A stretch of DNA of 62,209 bases, filler included, from Chiloscyllium plagiosum (lineage: Eukaryota): the NCBI RefSeq assembly GCF_004010195.1. It is 3 parts of one record of this genome, joined end to end, with 100 filler letters (N's around TTAATTAATTAA, not from the genome) between each part and the next. Parts side by side here need not be neighbours in the genome. Positions count along the whole stretch, not along the records: positions 45,825 to 62,209 come from NC_057712.1; 2 more parts are not named here. The stretch is one strand, 5' to 3'. A program made the translations under genes and the position numbers. Positions 59,941 through 62,209 of this stretch are shown one piece after another. The notes below the pieces were generated by a model. The model had not been told where the DNA came from. It did no database searches and was given only the letters and a program-made list of their open reading frames with translations. The first letter of the stretch is position 1, and each line of letters starts with the position of its first letter.

Positions 59941-61583
59941 TAATTAATAGTTAGTAGAGTCAGCTTGAGACTGGAGACTATTGTACTGAATGGAATATCT
60001 AAATATCTATCATGATAGGTTAGTCTGCAATGAAAGATCACTGTAGTAGAAGTGATAATAAATATTTAATCATGACATTAGGAAAATATCAAGTAGAGTC
60101 TGGAATGAAAGACCATTATAGCAGAGTTAGCAATAAATGTCTAACCGTGAAATTAGAATAACATTAAGTAGAATGTACAACTAAAGAGATAATGGGAACT
60201 AACATCACTGGTTTATTTTGTAGCTAGAGTGAGGTACTTTGATTAATATAATTGAACATGCTGATAAGCTAACAGAAACATGATATAAAAAATATAAAAA
60301 TTCACGGACCCTGAGGTTCGTGGGCATTCGAGAATCTGCTTTCTCAGTGTCATGGTTTTTTGCTTGCAAATAAAAGACCTACTTCTTGAAGAACTCTCTG
60401 CGTCTCCTGGTGGTTCTCTATATTTTCTCCACTGATTTGCCTACACCTTCTGAACACAAGTCTGAAGGACTGCTCAGCAAATTAAATGAAATAATGCAAT
60501 CCTAATTTATATAAACTTCAGGAATTTCAGTAAAACTCTGAATTCCTACTTTTGTGTGTTTCGTGTGATGTCATACACTTGAGGTTATGCAAAGAGAAAC
60601 CTCACCACAGGAGACCAGAAAAGCCCTCAGGCCTTCGACCAACCATTGTAACCCGACACTCTGTAATCTAGTCTTTATCTCCAGCCGTATAAGTAAACAT
60701 ACCTAAATTACTAGTGTAATTTGAAAACAGATTTTCCAACGGTGCAACCTCAAAGAGCAGGCATGCACACACACACAACACTACAGAAAGCTGATGTTCC
60801 CTACAGCTTGGACGACTGCGAGCACGTTTTACAGCAGCTTCTTTTAAACCGAGCGTAAGAGAGAGTGTGTACGTGTGTGTTTACACTCAGGGAGGAGGGG
60901 GACAATGCCAAGCTTTCCACCACCCCCCCCCCCTCGCCCACCCAACACACAGAAACAACCACCTCAAGGTGAGGGAAAACTGTTCCAACCACAGCCCTAA
61001 ACTGAAGGGAAGATGTTTTAAGGGGTGACGCAAGTTGTTGGACATGTTTGTGTTGATGTAGAGTTTGGAGCATCTACAGTTGTTTGAGATAGTAACTCAG
61101 TTTCTCTCTCCATAAATGCTGCCGACCAATTGAATTTCTCCAGTGTTTTCTGCTTTTATTACAATCACCAGCATCTGTAATCATTTGCTTTTATCTACAG
61201 TAGCTATCAAGAGGGGGACGTTACTTGAATAAACATCTAAGTGTCAAGCATTTGAAATCAACTAGAACGTCATACAGCCATCTCAGCATAGATCAGTTGA
61301 GTGAGGATTTCCTAATTGCCTGCAGATTTAAGCGTATACATTAAAATCTTCAACCCTAGCCTGCAGCCGTGGTCAAAACAAATGAATTGGATACAGAGAA
61401 AAGTGTGACTAATTCAAGAGACTCCTGGTTGAATATCCACTCACAGAAGAATCACCAAATCATTAGCATGCTGAAAGAGACCGTTTGGTCCATCGTGTCT
61501 ACACCAGCCCTCTGAGCATTTTTAACTTTGCGCCAATCTCCTATGTTTACCCTATAGCCCTACACATTGATTTATTTAAATAA

Positions 61584-62209
61584 TAGAGTCATAGAGTCCA
61601 AACTGTCCATGCAGACCAGATATCCCAACCCAATCTAGTCCCACCTGCCAGCACCCAGCTCCTATCCCACCAAACCCTTCCTATTCATATACACATCCAA
61701 ATGCCTCTTAAATGTTGCAATTCTACCAGCCTCCACCACATCCTCTCGCAGCTCATTCCATACACGTACCACCCTCTGTGTGAAAACGTTGCGCCGTAGG
61801 TTTCTTTTATACCTTTCCCCTCTCATCCTAAACCTATGCCCTCTAGTTCTGGACTCCCTGACCCCAGGGAAAAGACTTTGCCTATTTACCCTATCCATGC
61901 CCCTCATAATTTTGTACACCTCTATAAGGTCACCTCTCAGCCTCTGACGCTCCAGGGAAAATAAACCCAGCCTGTCCAGCCTCTCCCTGTAGCTCAAATC
62001 CTCCAACACTGGCAATATCCTTGTAAATCTTTTCTGAACCCTTTCAAGTTTCACAACATCTTTACGATAGGAAGGAGACCAGAATTGCACGCAATATTCC
62101 AAAAGTGGCCTAACCAATGTCCTGTACAGCCGCAACATGACCTCCCAACTCCTGTACTCAATACTCTGACCAATAAAGGAAAGCATACCAAATGCCTTCT
62201 TCACTATCC
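61584..62209 (-). mobile_element. CR1 3' end with an open 180-aa ORF2 C-terminus, runs off the window end
   Basis: LYRTLVRPLLEYCVQFWSP..TRGHRF..FTQRVVRVWNEL peptide and CTATGACT tail. Confidence 0.92.

Larger units (their letters stand above)
54103..60432 (+). mobile_element. Endogenous retrovirus, class I (epsilon/gamma-like), 5'-truncated and RT-deleted
   Basis: Order gag, pro/pol, env, PPT, LTR; in-frame gag TAG; gamma-type env with CxxC and CX6CC. Confidence 0.92.
59322..60432 (+). repeat. 3' LTR of the ERV (interrupted by a SINE and a PLE)
   Basis: Starts after the PPT with T(A)TGGAAAATA and ends TATTTTCTCCA (imperfect terminal inverted repeat); TATAAAA at about 60284-60300; AATAAA at 60369. 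Confidence 0.8.

Noticed and set aside
1..62209. CRISPR arrays, operons, rRNA or prokaryotic defence systems
   Set aside because: No regularly spaced repeat-spacer structure or gene-dense coding; the sequence is vertebrate repeat-rich DNA, and most listed ORFs are repeat fragments or antisense shadows.

Overview
Vertebrate nuclear DNA, most likely an elasmobranch (shark or ray). This is inferred from HE1/V-domain-type SINEs, a Deu-domain SINE remnant, and abundant CR1 and Penelope families. The window is almost all nested transposon debris: CR1 LINEs, Rex1/Babar LINEs, L1/Tx1 LINEs, Penelope-like elements (PLEs), Harbinger and pogo/Tigger-like DNA transposon remnants, and solo LTRs. I could not support any host protein-coding exon. 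The most notable object is a 5'-truncated class I (epsilon/gamma-like) endogenous retrovirus at about 54.1-60.4 kb. Its pol reading frame has a protease, then an extra domain with two HxT motifs (2H phosphoesterase-like). It then runs in frame into the integrase core, with RT and RNase H deleted. Its env has the immunosuppressive-domain core replaced by an inverted copy of downstream proviral sequence. A second theme is PLE insertions carrying minimal hammerhead-ribozyme motifs with covarying stems, which repeatedly form fold-back structures, including a perfect 528-bp palindrome bounded by a target-site duplication. Three assembly gaps are present, two with an artificial TTAATTAATTAA linker. 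All family assignments come from recognising motifs by eye. No database search was run, and the boundaries of decayed repeats are approximate.
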